Below, in pieces: positions 30,852 to 46,416 of a stretch of 64,000 nucleotides of DNA. The translations under genes and the position numbers were made by a program. A model generated the notes under the pieces. It was not told the origin of the DNA, did not search any database, and was given only the letters and a program-made list of their open reading frames with translations. This DNA comes from the human T2T-CHM13v2.0 reference genome, Homo sapiens, in the NCBI RefSeq assembly GCF_009914755.1, contig NC_060929.1. The stretch is one strand, 5' to 3'. Position 1 is the stretch's first letter. Every line of letters starts with the position of its first letter.

Positions 30852-31050
30852 TTCTAGAAGTACATTGCTTTCCTAGAAAAACATCTGAAATGAAAAGTGA
30901 TTCCTTCCATTGAGAAGTATGTCATGTATGTTTTCTCTTATAGATACTTTTTGACCTTATTACCCAAATATAATCATTTTGTATACTTAAGGCATTTTTC
31001 TTTTTAGTTTTTATTCCTGTTTTTCTCTTTTTAAAAATATATCCATGTTA

Positions 31051-31414
<364 letters not shown>

Positions 31415-31612
31415 TTAAAATTAGTTAACATTCCCATCACCTTGATGAAGGGTGTTAAAGTAAACTTGTGCTATTCATAATTCTTTGAAATTAGAAGAAC
31501 ATCAATCTATGAAAGTCTTTGTGGGAGAACTGAAGTCCAGAGATCCTGCCCAAACCTTCAATCCCAAGTTCACTAAGGATTTGCATTTGTATTCCAGCTG
31601 AATGAAAAGGAG

Positions 31613-31617
31613 ACACA

Positions 31618-31649
<32 letters not shown>
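31613..31649. repeat. (CA)n microsatellite
   Basis: Directly visible. Confidence 0.95.
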
Positions 31650-31651
<2 letters not shown>

Positions 31652-31891
31652 ACTATTTCATTTGTATAGGATTTAGGACATTTTTTAGTTTTCTCACAGC
31701 ATCCATCTAGGTAGAGAGAGTAGATATCTGTAGCCTGTGGGTGGGGACAGGAGTTCCAGTGATTTAAAGACTGATTTGAGGTCCTAGTGCAGCCCTCAGA
31801 TTCCTTGGACTTGTCTTTATAGCTGGAAGTAATAGGATTTGAGGTGTGAAAAATGTTACCTGCCTGAATTAGCCAGGCAGACCTATATATG

Positions 31892-32440
31892 TGGTTCAGT
31901 TACATAGCGCTCTGTGACAAATCACCTCAAAACTTAGTGGAATAAAACCACCACCATCTTATTTGCACAGATTCTTTGGGTCAGGAATCCAGACAGGGCA
32001 CAGTGGGAATGGCCTGTCTCTGCTCCATTTACTGGACCAATTAACGAGCTCCAGCTGGGAAGACTGAAACTGCTGGGGGCTGGAATCATCTGGAAGCTTC
32101 TCCACCTATATGCCTGGTACCTGGGGTGGGATGACTCGAAGGCTGGACTCAGCTGGGGCTGTTTACCAGAGCATCTGCGAGTTGACCCTTCATGGAGCTC
32201 AGGCTTCTTGCAGCATGGCAGCTGGCTTCCCAAGTGGGAGGGTTCCAAGAGTGAGCATCTCCACAGAACAAATGTTCCAAGAGACCACGTGGAAGCTGCA
32301 TGGATTTTTATAACTTAGCTTTGGAAGTCAGATAACAGCATTTCTGCCACTCTTTCTTGGTAGAAGCTATTGCACGTCTCCCCAGATTCAAGGAGAAGGG
32401 ACCCACCTCTCACTGGAAGGACTAAAAAAATTCACAGCCA
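31892..32440 (-). mobile_element. MaLR LTR (MLT1 family)
   Basis: CAAAACTTAGTGG..TAAAAC...GGGTCAGGAAT..AGACAGGGCACAG.GGGAATGGC.TGTCTCTGCTCCA...GGGGCTGGAATCATCTGGAAG typical of MLT1. Confidence 0.85.
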
Positions 32441-33299
32441 CGTAAACAGAAAAAGCACATAAGCCATTTCATGCTACACCATGGTGCTAATTCAATGAAA
32501 GATTAGCTTGAGTAGAAGTCAGGAAAGCTATATCAAGAATGAGTTAATTGTAAATGGGGGAAAAAGCATGAACAGTGTATATTGTGAAGAATTAATGAAA
32601 ATAATTGCGTTCAGTAGCAAAATTCAAGTTAACCTAAATGCCTAGCAATTGGGGAGTAGTTCAAATAAATTATAAATAAAATATTTATATTAGGAATATG
32701 ATGCAGACTTTAAAAAGAATGAGGTAGCTCTATATGTAATTATATAAGAATATGTCCAAGATCTGTTAAGTGAAAAGATTGTTTACAGAAAAACATGTAT
32801 GCAATGATTCATGAGTATTTTATCTTAACGTGTACATATATATGTAAAAATTCAGGAAATAGTCTTAAAAATTGCATTAAATTGTTAGTGGATTTCTACT
32901 GTAGATGAGAGTAGGACTTGGGTGGGTAATAGGAAGGAGAACCCACTTCTCACTCTATAGTTCTATGCTGTTTAAATTTTTAGATGTATTACGTTTTCCT
33001 ATATTGCTCTTATGATATGAATTGCTATGTGAGATTTTAACTTTTAAAATACATTAAATTTAATTTATAAATATAAAAATATAAAATGTTTCATATTTTT
33101 ATAAAATGTAAAGTTTAATTTAGTTAATTTGGTAAACATTTTTCTTCCTGGGACTGTTACTGAACTTTACTTTCCTAGTATTTTATTATATGAATTGGTA
33201 CAGTAGGTGTGGCATGGGCACAGATGGGCACTAGTCTGTTTGGCATGCTTTGTTTGGCATGCTTTGTAGTTGCGAGAGAAATTTAAGAATGCCAGTCTT

Positions 33300-33591
<292 letters not shown>

Positions 33592-33872
33592 GGAATGCCA
33601 GTCTTACTGTTTTTTGTTCCTCTTACTGCTCAGGCAGTCTCCTCAGTGGCAGCAGTTCCTGAAATGTGTGGTGATTCCAAATGATCTTTTTATAATGGTT
33701 TTAATAGAAATTAAGGGTAGACATACTCATGTTGGGTTGAGCCACTTATGCTTGTATTATCTCCCAAATGGAATTAACTATATTCATAATATAGTTAATT
33801 ACAGATAATAATCAAATTAAGGAAATTTGGTGTCATTAGAAAAGATTTATGACTTTAATGGAATTGACTGAT

Positions 33873-34205
<333 letters not shown>

Positions 34206-34559
34206 TGAGCTAATCTTCTGGGGTGGGTTTTTTGGAGCATCACATACCCCTCAAGCTAATAGAACAGGATAGAAGCCAAGATGGAGATCTAGAGCTACAT
34301 TTTAAAGGTGCCAGTCCTCTACTTACTTCCTGTGTTGTATGGTAACCTGATCATGCCTCATTTTTCAAACAATTATGTTATTTAAATTAGTGTCAGACAA
34401 GAAGTAGTAAGAATAACTTAAACGGTGCCAGGGACTGAGCTGTGCTCTGGCTGGGCAATGAGTTAGCTGATACTTCCTACCTGTATAACATTTATGGTTT
34501 AGTAGGATAGACAGAAACATAAAATAAGTGATTATGAGAAGATCGGCTCATCACAACTT

Positions 34560-35475
34560 TGAGAGATACACCTGGCTGCATACTCTCTGTTTGCCCTTTC
34601 TGATCCACCATGCTCTGTGCCCTGGGAGGCAGACCATTATGGATCACATATGGGGCCCCTTGCCCTGTGGCTTTTAGGTATTTATTTCCCCCGCTCCCTC
34701 CTTCCCTCAGCTTCCTCACATTTGTAAAATGGGATATTATTTAAGTAGTCAGGGTCCAGGCAGGAAAGAAATGGTACTCAAAACAGTCTAATTGCAAAGA
34801 GTTTAATGACAGAAATTTCACAAAGATGTGAACAAGGTAAGGGAAACTAGCAAGAATTGTGGGGTACCTGGGAGGTACCCCAAATACTTGCAGATACTTT
34901 TCTCTCACGTTTACTCTGATGGTTATTTCTTTTGCTGTGCAGATGCTTTTTAGTTTAGTTGGGTTCCATTTATTTGTTTTTGGCACATTTGCTTTTAGGG
35001 TCTTAGTCATAAATTCTTTGCCTAGGCCAATGTCCAGAAGAGTTTTTCCTGGGTTTTATTCTAGAACTTTTATGGTTTTAGGTCTTAGATTTAAGTCTTT
35101 GATCCAAGGCTTAAGGCTCTGGGTGATTGGTGGTGCTATGTTCCTCTGCTGAAAGCCACAGCTCCCATAGGGTGGCCCTCTCTTACAGCTGTTGTTGCAG
35201 CTAAATTCTTGCTGAATTCTGGCAACTAATCCTCCTCCTCAAAAACACTTAAACAAACAAACAAAAATGCATATAAACTCTCCCACCCCTTCAGACGTAG
35301 GGGAGGTGATAGCTTTGCTGTTGCTAGCCTCCTAAGTACCCAACAATTCTTGCTAGTTTCCCTTACCTTATTCATGTCTTTGTAAAATTTCTGTCATTAA
35401 ACTCTTTGTAATTAGACTTTTTATAATTAGACTTTGTTTTGAGTACAATTTTTTTCCTGCCTGAACCCTGACTGC
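34560..35475 (+). mobile_element. LTR33-like ERVL LTR split by a composite insertion (34705-35106)
   Basis: CTCTGTGCCCTGGGAGGC.GACC...TTGCCCTGTGGCTT...GGTATTTATTTCCCC, resuming with AAGCCACAGCTCCC..GGGTGGCCCTCTC...ATTAAACTCT...TTCCTGCCTGAACCCTGACT. Confidence 0.7.
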
Positions 35476-38223
35476 TTAGATAATATCCCATTTTACAAAT
35501 GTCAGGAAGTTGAGGCGTAGAGATCGGTGAATATCAGAACTAGGATTCAAATTCAGATTATTTTATGTCACGGCTGATTCTTAACTTCAGTGTTTTCCTA
35601 TTTGTCACATCCAAGGAATTCTCATAGTCATCTTTACATTGAGAAGAAACCCTAGGGAAAAGTTTCTTACCTGTCAGATACAGCTATGAACTTATGAGGC
35701 TATAAAACAAACTAGCTCTTAAATATTTCAATAAATAACATCCTTCCAATCAACTCCTGTGGTTCAGAGTTTTTCTTTACTTTCTTTTAGAATTGCCATC
35801 AGATTCATATTATAAGCCAGGAAGGAAAAAATAATCTAAAAGTAATCAAACCTTCAATTTGCCACCGTATTCTCTAGGCTTGGTTCAGGTTGACTACTGG
35901 TTGTTTGCAAACACCTGATCCACTTTTGAGGACCAAGTTTAAGGATATATTTAAAATTTTTAAAGAAATTTCAATAGCTTTGGGGGTACAAGGGTTTTTG
36001 GTATGTGGATGAATTGTATAGTGGTGAATTCTGAGATTTTTAGTGTGCTTGTCACCTGAGTAGTGTACATTGTGCCCGATACATAGTTTTATATCCCTAT
36101 TTCCCCTCCCACCCTCCTCTTTCTGAGTCTCCAAAGTCCATTATGCCACTCTGTATGCCTTTGCATACCCATAGCTTAGCTCCCAGTTATAAGTGAGAAT
36201 GTAACGGTGTTTGATTTTCCATTCCTGAGTTACTTCACTTAGAACAATGACCTCCAGCTCCATCCAAGTTGCTGCAAAAGACATTATTTCATTCTTTTTT
36301 TATGATTGACTAGTATTCCATAGTATATATAGTCCATATTTTCTTTATCCACTTATTGGTCAATGGGCACTTAGATTGGTCCCATATCTTTGCAATTGTG
36401 AATTGTGAAAAAGACACCTGCATTAAACATACACATGCAGGTGTCTTTTTTATATAATGACTTCTTTTCCTTTGGGTAGATACCCAGTAGTGGGATTACT
36501 GGATTGAATGGTAGATCTACTTTTAGTTCTTTAAGAAATCTTCATAGTGTTTTTCATAGAGGTTGTACTAATTTACATTCTCACCAGCAGCGTATAAGCA
36601 TTCCCTTTTCACCACATCCGTAACAACATCTATTGTTTTTTGATTTTTTATTAGTAGCCATTTTGGCTGGAGTAAGGTGGTATCTCATTGTGGTTTTAAT
36701 TTGCAGTTCCCTGATTAGTGATGTTGAGCATTTTTTCATGTGTTTGTTGGCCATTTTTATATTTTCTTTTGAGAAATGTCTACGCATGTCATTTGCTCAC
36801 TTTTTGATGGGATTCTTTTTTTTTTCTTTTTTTTTGCTGATTTGAGTTCCTTGTAGATTCTGGTTATTAGACCTTTGTTGTATGCATAGTTTGCAAATAT
36901 TTTCTCCCATTCTGTGGGTTATCTGTTTACTCTGCTGGTTATTTCTTTTGCTGTGCAGAAGCTTTTTAGTTTAGTTAGGTCCCATTTATTTGTTTTTGTC
37001 ACATTTGCTTTTAGGGTATTAGTCATAAATTCTTTGCCTAGGCCAATGTTCAAAAGAGTTTTTCCTGGGTTTTCTCCTATAATTTTTATGGTTTCAGGTC
37101 TTAGATTTAAGTCTTTGAGCCATCTTGAGTTAATTTTTGTATACAATGAGAGGGATCCAGTTTCATTCTTCTACATGTGGCTATCCAGTTTCCCCAGTTC
37201 CGATTATTAAATAGGGTATCCTTTTCCAGTTTATGTTTTTGTATGTTTTGTCAAAGATCACTTGGTTGAATTTGGCTTTGAGTTCTTTACTTATGTTCCA
37301 TTGGTCTGTGTATCTACTTTTATACCAGTACCATGCTATTTTGGTAACTATAGCCTTGCAGTATAATTTGAAGTCAGTTAATGTGATACCTCCAGATTTG
37401 TTCTTTTTGCTTAGGATTGCTTTGACTATTCAGGCTGTTTTTTGGTTCCATATGAACTTTAGGATTTTTTTTTCTAGTCATGTGAAAATGATGTTGGTAT
37501 TTTGAAAAGAATTGCATTGAATTTGTAGATTGCTTTAGGCAGTATGGTCATTTTCACAATGTTGATTCTTCCAATGCATAAGCACAGGATATGTTTACGT
37601 TTGCTTGTATCATCTGTGATTTCTTTCAGCAGTGTTTTGTAGTTTTCCTTGTAGTGATCTTTCACCTCCTTAGTTAACTATATTCTTGGGTTTGGGTTTT
37701 TGTTTGTTTGTTTGTTTGTTTTTTGTTTTGGTTTTTTTGGCAGCTATTGTAAAAGGGATTGAGCTCTTGATTTGATTCTTAGCTTGGTCATTGTTGGTGT
37801 ATAGCAGTGCTATTGATTTGTGTACATTGATTTTATAACCTGAGACTTTACTGAACGCATTTTTCAAATCTAGAAGTCTTTTGGAGGAGTCTTAAGTTTT
37901 CTAGATAAATGATCATATCATCAGCAAACAATGATAATTTGACTTTATCTTTTCCAATTTGGATGCCCTTTATTTCTTTCTCTTGCCTTATTGCTATGTC
38001 TAGAACTTCCAATAGTATGTTGAATAGAAGTGGTGAAAGTGGGCATCCCTGTCTTGTTCCAGTACTCAGGGGGAATGCTTTCAACTTTTCCCCATTCAAT
38101 ATAATGTTGGCTTGTGGGTTTGTCATATATGACTTTTATTATTTTGAGATATATCCCTTCTATGCCTGATTTGTTGAGGGTTTTTATCATAAAAGAATGC
38201 TAGGTTTTATCAGATGCTTTTTC

Positions 38224-38623
<400 letters not shown>

Positions 38624-38791
38624 TGATGTATTGACTTATGTATGTTAAACATACATTTATATGTTTATGTTATACATACATACATACAAATGTATACATA
38701 CATTTATATGTATATGTTAAACATACATTATATGTTATGCATACATTTATTGGCTTATGTATGTTAAACCATCCCTGCATTCCTGGGTTGA

Positions 38792-39114
<323 letters not shown>

Positions 39115-39119
39115 CTATC

Positions 39120-39680
39120 TTTTTAAAAAATTTTTATTTTATTTTATTTTAAGTTCTGGGATATATGTGTGGGATGTGCAGGTTTATTACATAGGTAAAA
39201 GTGTGCCATGGTGGTTTGCTACACCTATCAACCCATCACCTAGGTATTAAGCCCCAAAGGCATTAGCTATTTATCCTGATAAATAGCTCCCCCGCTCCCC
39301 TCCCACAGGCCCCACCGTGTGTTGTTCCCCTTCCTGTGTCCATGTGGTTTCATTGTTCAGCTCCCACTTACAAGTGAGAACGTGTGGTGTTTGGTTTTTT
39401 GTTCCTGTGTTAGTTTGCTGAGGATAATGGCTTCCAGCTCCATCCATGTCCCTGCAAAGGACATAGTCTCATTCCTTTTTATGGCTGCATAGTATTCCAT
39501 GGTGTATATTTACCACATTTTCTTTATCCAGTCTATCATGGGTGGGCATTTGGGTTGATTCCATGTCTTTGCTATTGTAAATAGTGCTGTAATGAACATA
39601 CACATGCATACATCTTTATAACAGAATGATTTATATTCTTTTGGATATATACCCAGTAATGGGATTGCTGGGTCAAATGG
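39120..39680 (-). mobile_element. Older L1PA 3' end fragment nested in L1PB
   Basis: TTTAAGTTCTGGGATA.ATGTG...[43 protein letters not shown] (ORF2 C-terminus); L1PB resumes at 39681. Confidence 0.92.
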
Positions 39681-40127
39681 TATTATCTTTTTGATGTGCC
39701 ATTGGATTTGGTTTGATAGTATTTTGTTGAAGATTTTTGCATCTATATTCATCAGGTATATTGGTCTGTAGTTTTTTTTTTGTTTTTTTTTTTGTTTGTT
39801 TTTTTTTTTTTGTTTTTTTATTATGTCCTTTTCTGGCTTTGGTATCAGGGTGATACTAGCTTTCATAGAATGAGTTAGGGAGGATTCCTCTTTCTAAATC
39901 TTTAGAAATAGTTTCAGTAGGATTGGAATCAATTCTTCTTTGAATGTCTGGTCGAGTTCAGCTGTAATCCATCTGGCCCTGGGCTCTTTTTTCTTTGGCA
40001 GGTTTAAAATTATTGATTCAATCTCAGTTCTTGTTATTGGTCTTTTCAGGATTTCTGTCTCTTCCTGATTCAAGCTAGGAAGGTTGTATGTTTCCAGGAA
40101 TTCATCCATTTCCTCTAGATTTTTTAG

Positions 40128-40536
<409 letters not shown>

Positions 40537-42007
40537 TGAATCTTCTCTCTCATTTTCTTGGTTAGTTTAGCAAATGATTTATCAATTTTGCTTATCTTTT
40601 CAATGAAATAACTTTTTGTTTCACTGACGTTTTGTATTTTTTGTTTAAATTTCATTTAGTTCTGCTCTAATCTTTTATTTATTTATTATTTTCTAGTTTT
40701 AGCTTTGTGTTTGTTCGTGTTTCTGTAGTTCCTTGAGGTGTTATGTTGTCAATTTGTGATCTTTCCGATTTTATCTTAGCACTGCTTTTGCTGTATCCCA
40801 GAGGCTTTGATAACTTGTGTCATTATCATTCATTTCAAAGAATTTTTAAGTTTCCATCTTGATTTCATTGTTAACCTAAAAATCATTCTGGAGCAGATTA
40901 ATTTCCATGTATTTGTATAGTTTTGAAGGTTACTTTTGGAGTTGATTTCTAGTTGTATTCCACTGTGGTCTGAGAAGATACTTAATACAATTGTTTCTTT
41001 AATTTTACTGAGACTTGTGGACTATCATATGGTCTATCTTGGAGAATGTTTCATGTGTTGAGAAGAATGTATATTCTGCAGTTCTTGGGTAGAATGTTTT
41101 GTAAATATCTGTTAGGTTCATTTGTTCTAGAGTGTGGTTTAAGTCCAGTGTTCCTTTGTTGACTTTCTGCTTTGATGATCTGTCTAGTGCTATCAGTGGA
41201 GTACTGAAGTCCCGTACTATTATTGTGTTGCTGTCTATCTATTTCTTAGGTCCAGTAATAATAGTTTTATGAAGCTGGGAGCTCCAGAGTTAGGTGCACA
41301 TATGTTTAGGTGGTAATATCTTCTTGTTGGATTGATCCTTTTGTTATTATATAGTGACCTTCTTTGTCTTTTTTTTTCTTTTTTACTGTTGTTGTTTTAA
41401 AGTATGTTTTTTCTGATATAAGAATAGCTACTCTTGCTCTCTTTTGGTTTCCATTTGCGTGGAATACCTTTTTCACTCCTTTACATTGAGTTTATTTGAG
41501 TCCCTGTATGTTAGATAAGTCTTTTGAAGAAAGCAGATATTTGGCTTGCCTTGTTTTAATCCATTTTGCCAATCTATATCTTTTAAGTGGAGCATTTAGG
41601 CTATTTATGTTCAATGTTAATATTGAAATGTGAGGTACTGTTCCAATCATTGTGCTGATTGTTACCTAGATACTTGGTTTTCTTTGTTATATTAGTGTTT
41701 TATAGGCCATGTGAGTTTTATGCTTTCAAGAGTTTTTATTCTGCTGCATATTGAATTTTTGTTTCAAGATTTATAACTCCTTTTAGCATTTCTTGTGGGG
41801 TTGGTCTGGTTGTGACAAACTCACTCAGCATTTGCTTGTCTGGAAAAGACTTTATTTCTCCTTCATTTATGAAGCTTAGTTTAGCTGGATACCAAATTCT
41901 TGGCTGACAGTTATTCTGCTTGAGGCTAAAGATAGGACCCCAGTCCCTTCTAGCTTGTAAGATTTCTGCTGAAGTTAAGGGGACATTTAAAAGAAATACA
42001 TTTTCTG

Positions 42008-42122
42008 CTGGGTGTGTTGGTTCATGCCTGTAATCCTAGCACTTTGGGAGGCTGAGGTGAGAGGATTGCTTGAGGCCAAGAGTTCAAGACTTAGCTGGCC
42101 AACATAGTGAGATCCTTTCTCT
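42008..42122 (+). mobile_element. FLAM monomer
   Basis: Single Alu monomer. Confidence 0.82.
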
Positions 42123-42479
42123 TTTTAAAAGCATTTTCATTTTTTATAATTATATATTTTTAAAAGTAAAATTTTAAAAATACATTAATTGAGTTGAAGG
42201 ACATTCCAAAAGAGGCACCTAAAGATGTGCTCAGTGATGGCTGCCAAGTTGAAATGAGCATAGAGCTTCTAGGGACTATTTTGAAAGATAGGATATTTAT
42301 TTCTGTGTGTGATCTCTTGACTTACAAATACCAGAACTTACTCATGTTACCTGTGTCTCACCTCAGTGCATCCTGGGTGTGTATTAATTTCTTTGACCTG
42401 CAGAAGAACTCTAGGCTGGCCAAGTTGACAGTGATTGAGAGCATACAGCCCATTATTGCCATCTAACCAGAGATGGCTT

Positions 42480-43030
<551 letters not shown>

Positions 43031-44460
43031 TTTTATTGCTGTCATTATCTTGACAGTCTGAGATGCCCGTTTATTCTTCCTGCCACTGTGTAATCACATT
43101 CATCTATAAGTCTTGTCTGTCACATTTTAGTAAACTCTTTTTTACTTCCCGGAAGGAATCAGGAATTAACTACCTAAAGTACCTACTTTTGAAGAGGTTG
43201 TGTCTAAGTCACGGGATATGAGAAAAAGAACCAAAAGAAAAAGAAGGAATTACGAGCCTGGAAGAAAGCGAGCATGTTGGTAAGAGAAGGTACAACTGTA
43301 ATAATGCTACTTCTTATAAAGCCAGTGGCAGGGTTCGTGAATCTCAGCGGTATGTTTGGGCTGATTTTCACTTCTGGTTCTGTTCCCATTCGAGCACTAC
43401 CTTTGATCTCCTATGCTGTTAATACCTGTTACTTTTCTACCTTTTGGTTAACTTTGTAGACTGAACTGTTGCAGATGAAGAATCACTCTTGCATCAGGCA
43501 TGTAAAAGATATCAAAACTAAAGAAATTTTGCCTTCCTTAAGAAAGCAAGAATGAGAAATCCCCCTGTGCCATCCATAAAGAGGGCATTCAAAGCCTGAG
43601 TGTTGAGTAGGAGTTACAGCAGAATGGCACATGTGGAATGAAGTTCAGGCCTTTGAGGACTAGGAAAATGGTACTCAGCTTTTCTCGTATTAATGCCTGG
43701 AAGCAGGAAGAGCTGTTCTACCTATAAAATGGGGGTTGGAGGGATCCTACCCATTAGCGAGGGAATAGCCATGGGAGGAAAGAAAGGAACTGGCAAGAAA
43801 ACAGGGACCCAAAGCCTGAATCACTCATAGATGAAGTAGCTGAATTCTTATCTATGTGATCTTATCCCCCCATCAGATGAGACATTAACACAGAGTTGTC
43901 TGAGGCAGGTGGAGAAGGTTAAGGGAGCTATAAAAGGGTATCGGGCTACAGTGCTTTCATAGAGAATATATATGCATTCTGTTTCTCCATTTTTCTTTGG
44001 AGGATTTAATTCTTTTCTTCCTATCTTTCCAATTAAAATGAAAACCTATGGTATGATTTATTACAAGAAGCTTTACTTAACTTCTAATAGTCTGATCTCA
44101 TTTCCTTGAATAAAAATGACATCACAGTAAAACTAGATTATAACATTTTTAGGCTTTGACATAATACAGACCTATGAATTGACTTAACCCACTGAATAGT
44201 TATAGAAGTGAATAACTAAGCTGTCTGTGTAATGGGGAGGGAAAGGAATGTGAATCCTTTATCACACGAAGTAAACCAACAACATAGTACAGTTTTAGAG
44301 CCACAAGGCAGATATGAGGACGCACCTGGTCACTCGTGCTACCTTGCCCAGGGATAAAGGATTTTCACCTAGAGTGCATGTAAACATCTCTACTTGCTTA
44401 CCTGAGTGCCTATTCAGCTGTAACCCCAGTTCTTTCTTATTTCTCCTACATTTAAAATCA

Positions 44461-44775
<315 letters not shown>

Positions 44776-45111
44776 TCAGTTAATAATATGATACCGGAAT
44801 AAAGACCACACGTAATCTGCTCAAATCTAAAGGGACATGCAATGGAAGCTTAAATACACCATGTTGTAGTTGAAAATTGTTTTAGGAAGGGGCTGGACAG
44901 TGAGAACGCTTATTGCCCTACAGAGAGTGACATGTCAGGATTTATAGTCGGAAAATATATACAAATAGTCTCCAGAGTTTTAAATCATCTGCTCATTACA
45001 GAACCTCATTTCAACATAACAGTTCTCTGGTGTATGAAATGGATGGAAGCAAAAGTTATGGTAGATTTACAAACCAAAATTCAACTATGTCTCATTTTAT
45101 GTATGTGAGAG

Positions 45112-45222
45112 GATGGCATGCATCCATAGTCCCAGCTACTTGGGAGGATGAGACGGGAAGATCATTTGAACTTAGGAATTCCAGTTCAGCCTGGCCAACA
45201 TAGTGAGACCTCATCTCTGAAA
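45112..45222 (+). mobile_element. FLAM_A-like monomer
   Basis: ATAGTCCCAGCTACTTGGGAGG...CAGCCTGGCCAACATAGTGAGACC. Confidence 0.75.
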
Positions 45223-45866
45223 ACACCAAAAGTTTTTTTTTTTTTTTAATTAAAAAAAAATGTGAGAGAACAGAATGGTATATTAAGAGAGTATGAGTTT
45301 CAGAATCTGACCCCTGATTCTGGCCTGCTTGGCACCCAATCCTTGGGCAGGTTTCCAGCTCTCTGAGCTGTTTTCTTCCTCTGAAAATAAAGCCGTCTCT
45401 CTAGCCAGGGTTGTTAGAAAGATCAGTACTTACATGTCAGGCCACTAGCACACAGCCTAGTAAATTAACAATGGCAGCTGCTATGGGACATGACATTTCA
45501 TGTCTGAAACATATCCAGGGTTTTGTCAAAGAGCAAGTGTTCAGCTATAGTCTTTATTGGTGAAGTTTTAGCACATTTATTGGGCAAACTCTAGTTTCAT
45601 GAGATACTTATATAAAGTTTTAGTTATTGACACTTTTTTCTATTTCATAGCCACATTGGTATATTTTTTGCTTATAATTTGGCTACAGGAGGGGATTGAA
45701 TATAGAATTCACAAGTCTAAACTTGTGTGTAAAGTTGGCTCAGTTTCGTCTACCAAATTAGAGTGATCCTGCCCTCCAAGTGTATTGTAAAGTGTAATAG
45801 AAATAAATGGGAGAGAAGGCTCTTCCTCACAATAGTAGAAAGAATTATGGAGTTAGAAAATCAATA

Positions 45867-45990
45867 GGCTGGGTGCGATGGCTTATACCTGTAATCCCAT
45901 CACATTGGGAGGCCAAGGCAGAAAGATCACTTGAGCTCAGGAGTTCAGGACCAGCCTGGGCAACATAGTGAGACCCTGTCTCTATTTAAA
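45867..45990 (+). mobile_element. FLAM_C-like monomer
   Basis: Single Alu monomer. Confidence 0.85.
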
Positions 45991-46050
45991 ATAAAGGAAA
46001 TTAAAATAATAGAAAGAGAAAATAGATGCTTACATCAGTAAATACAAGTG

Positions 46051-46416
<366 letters not shown>

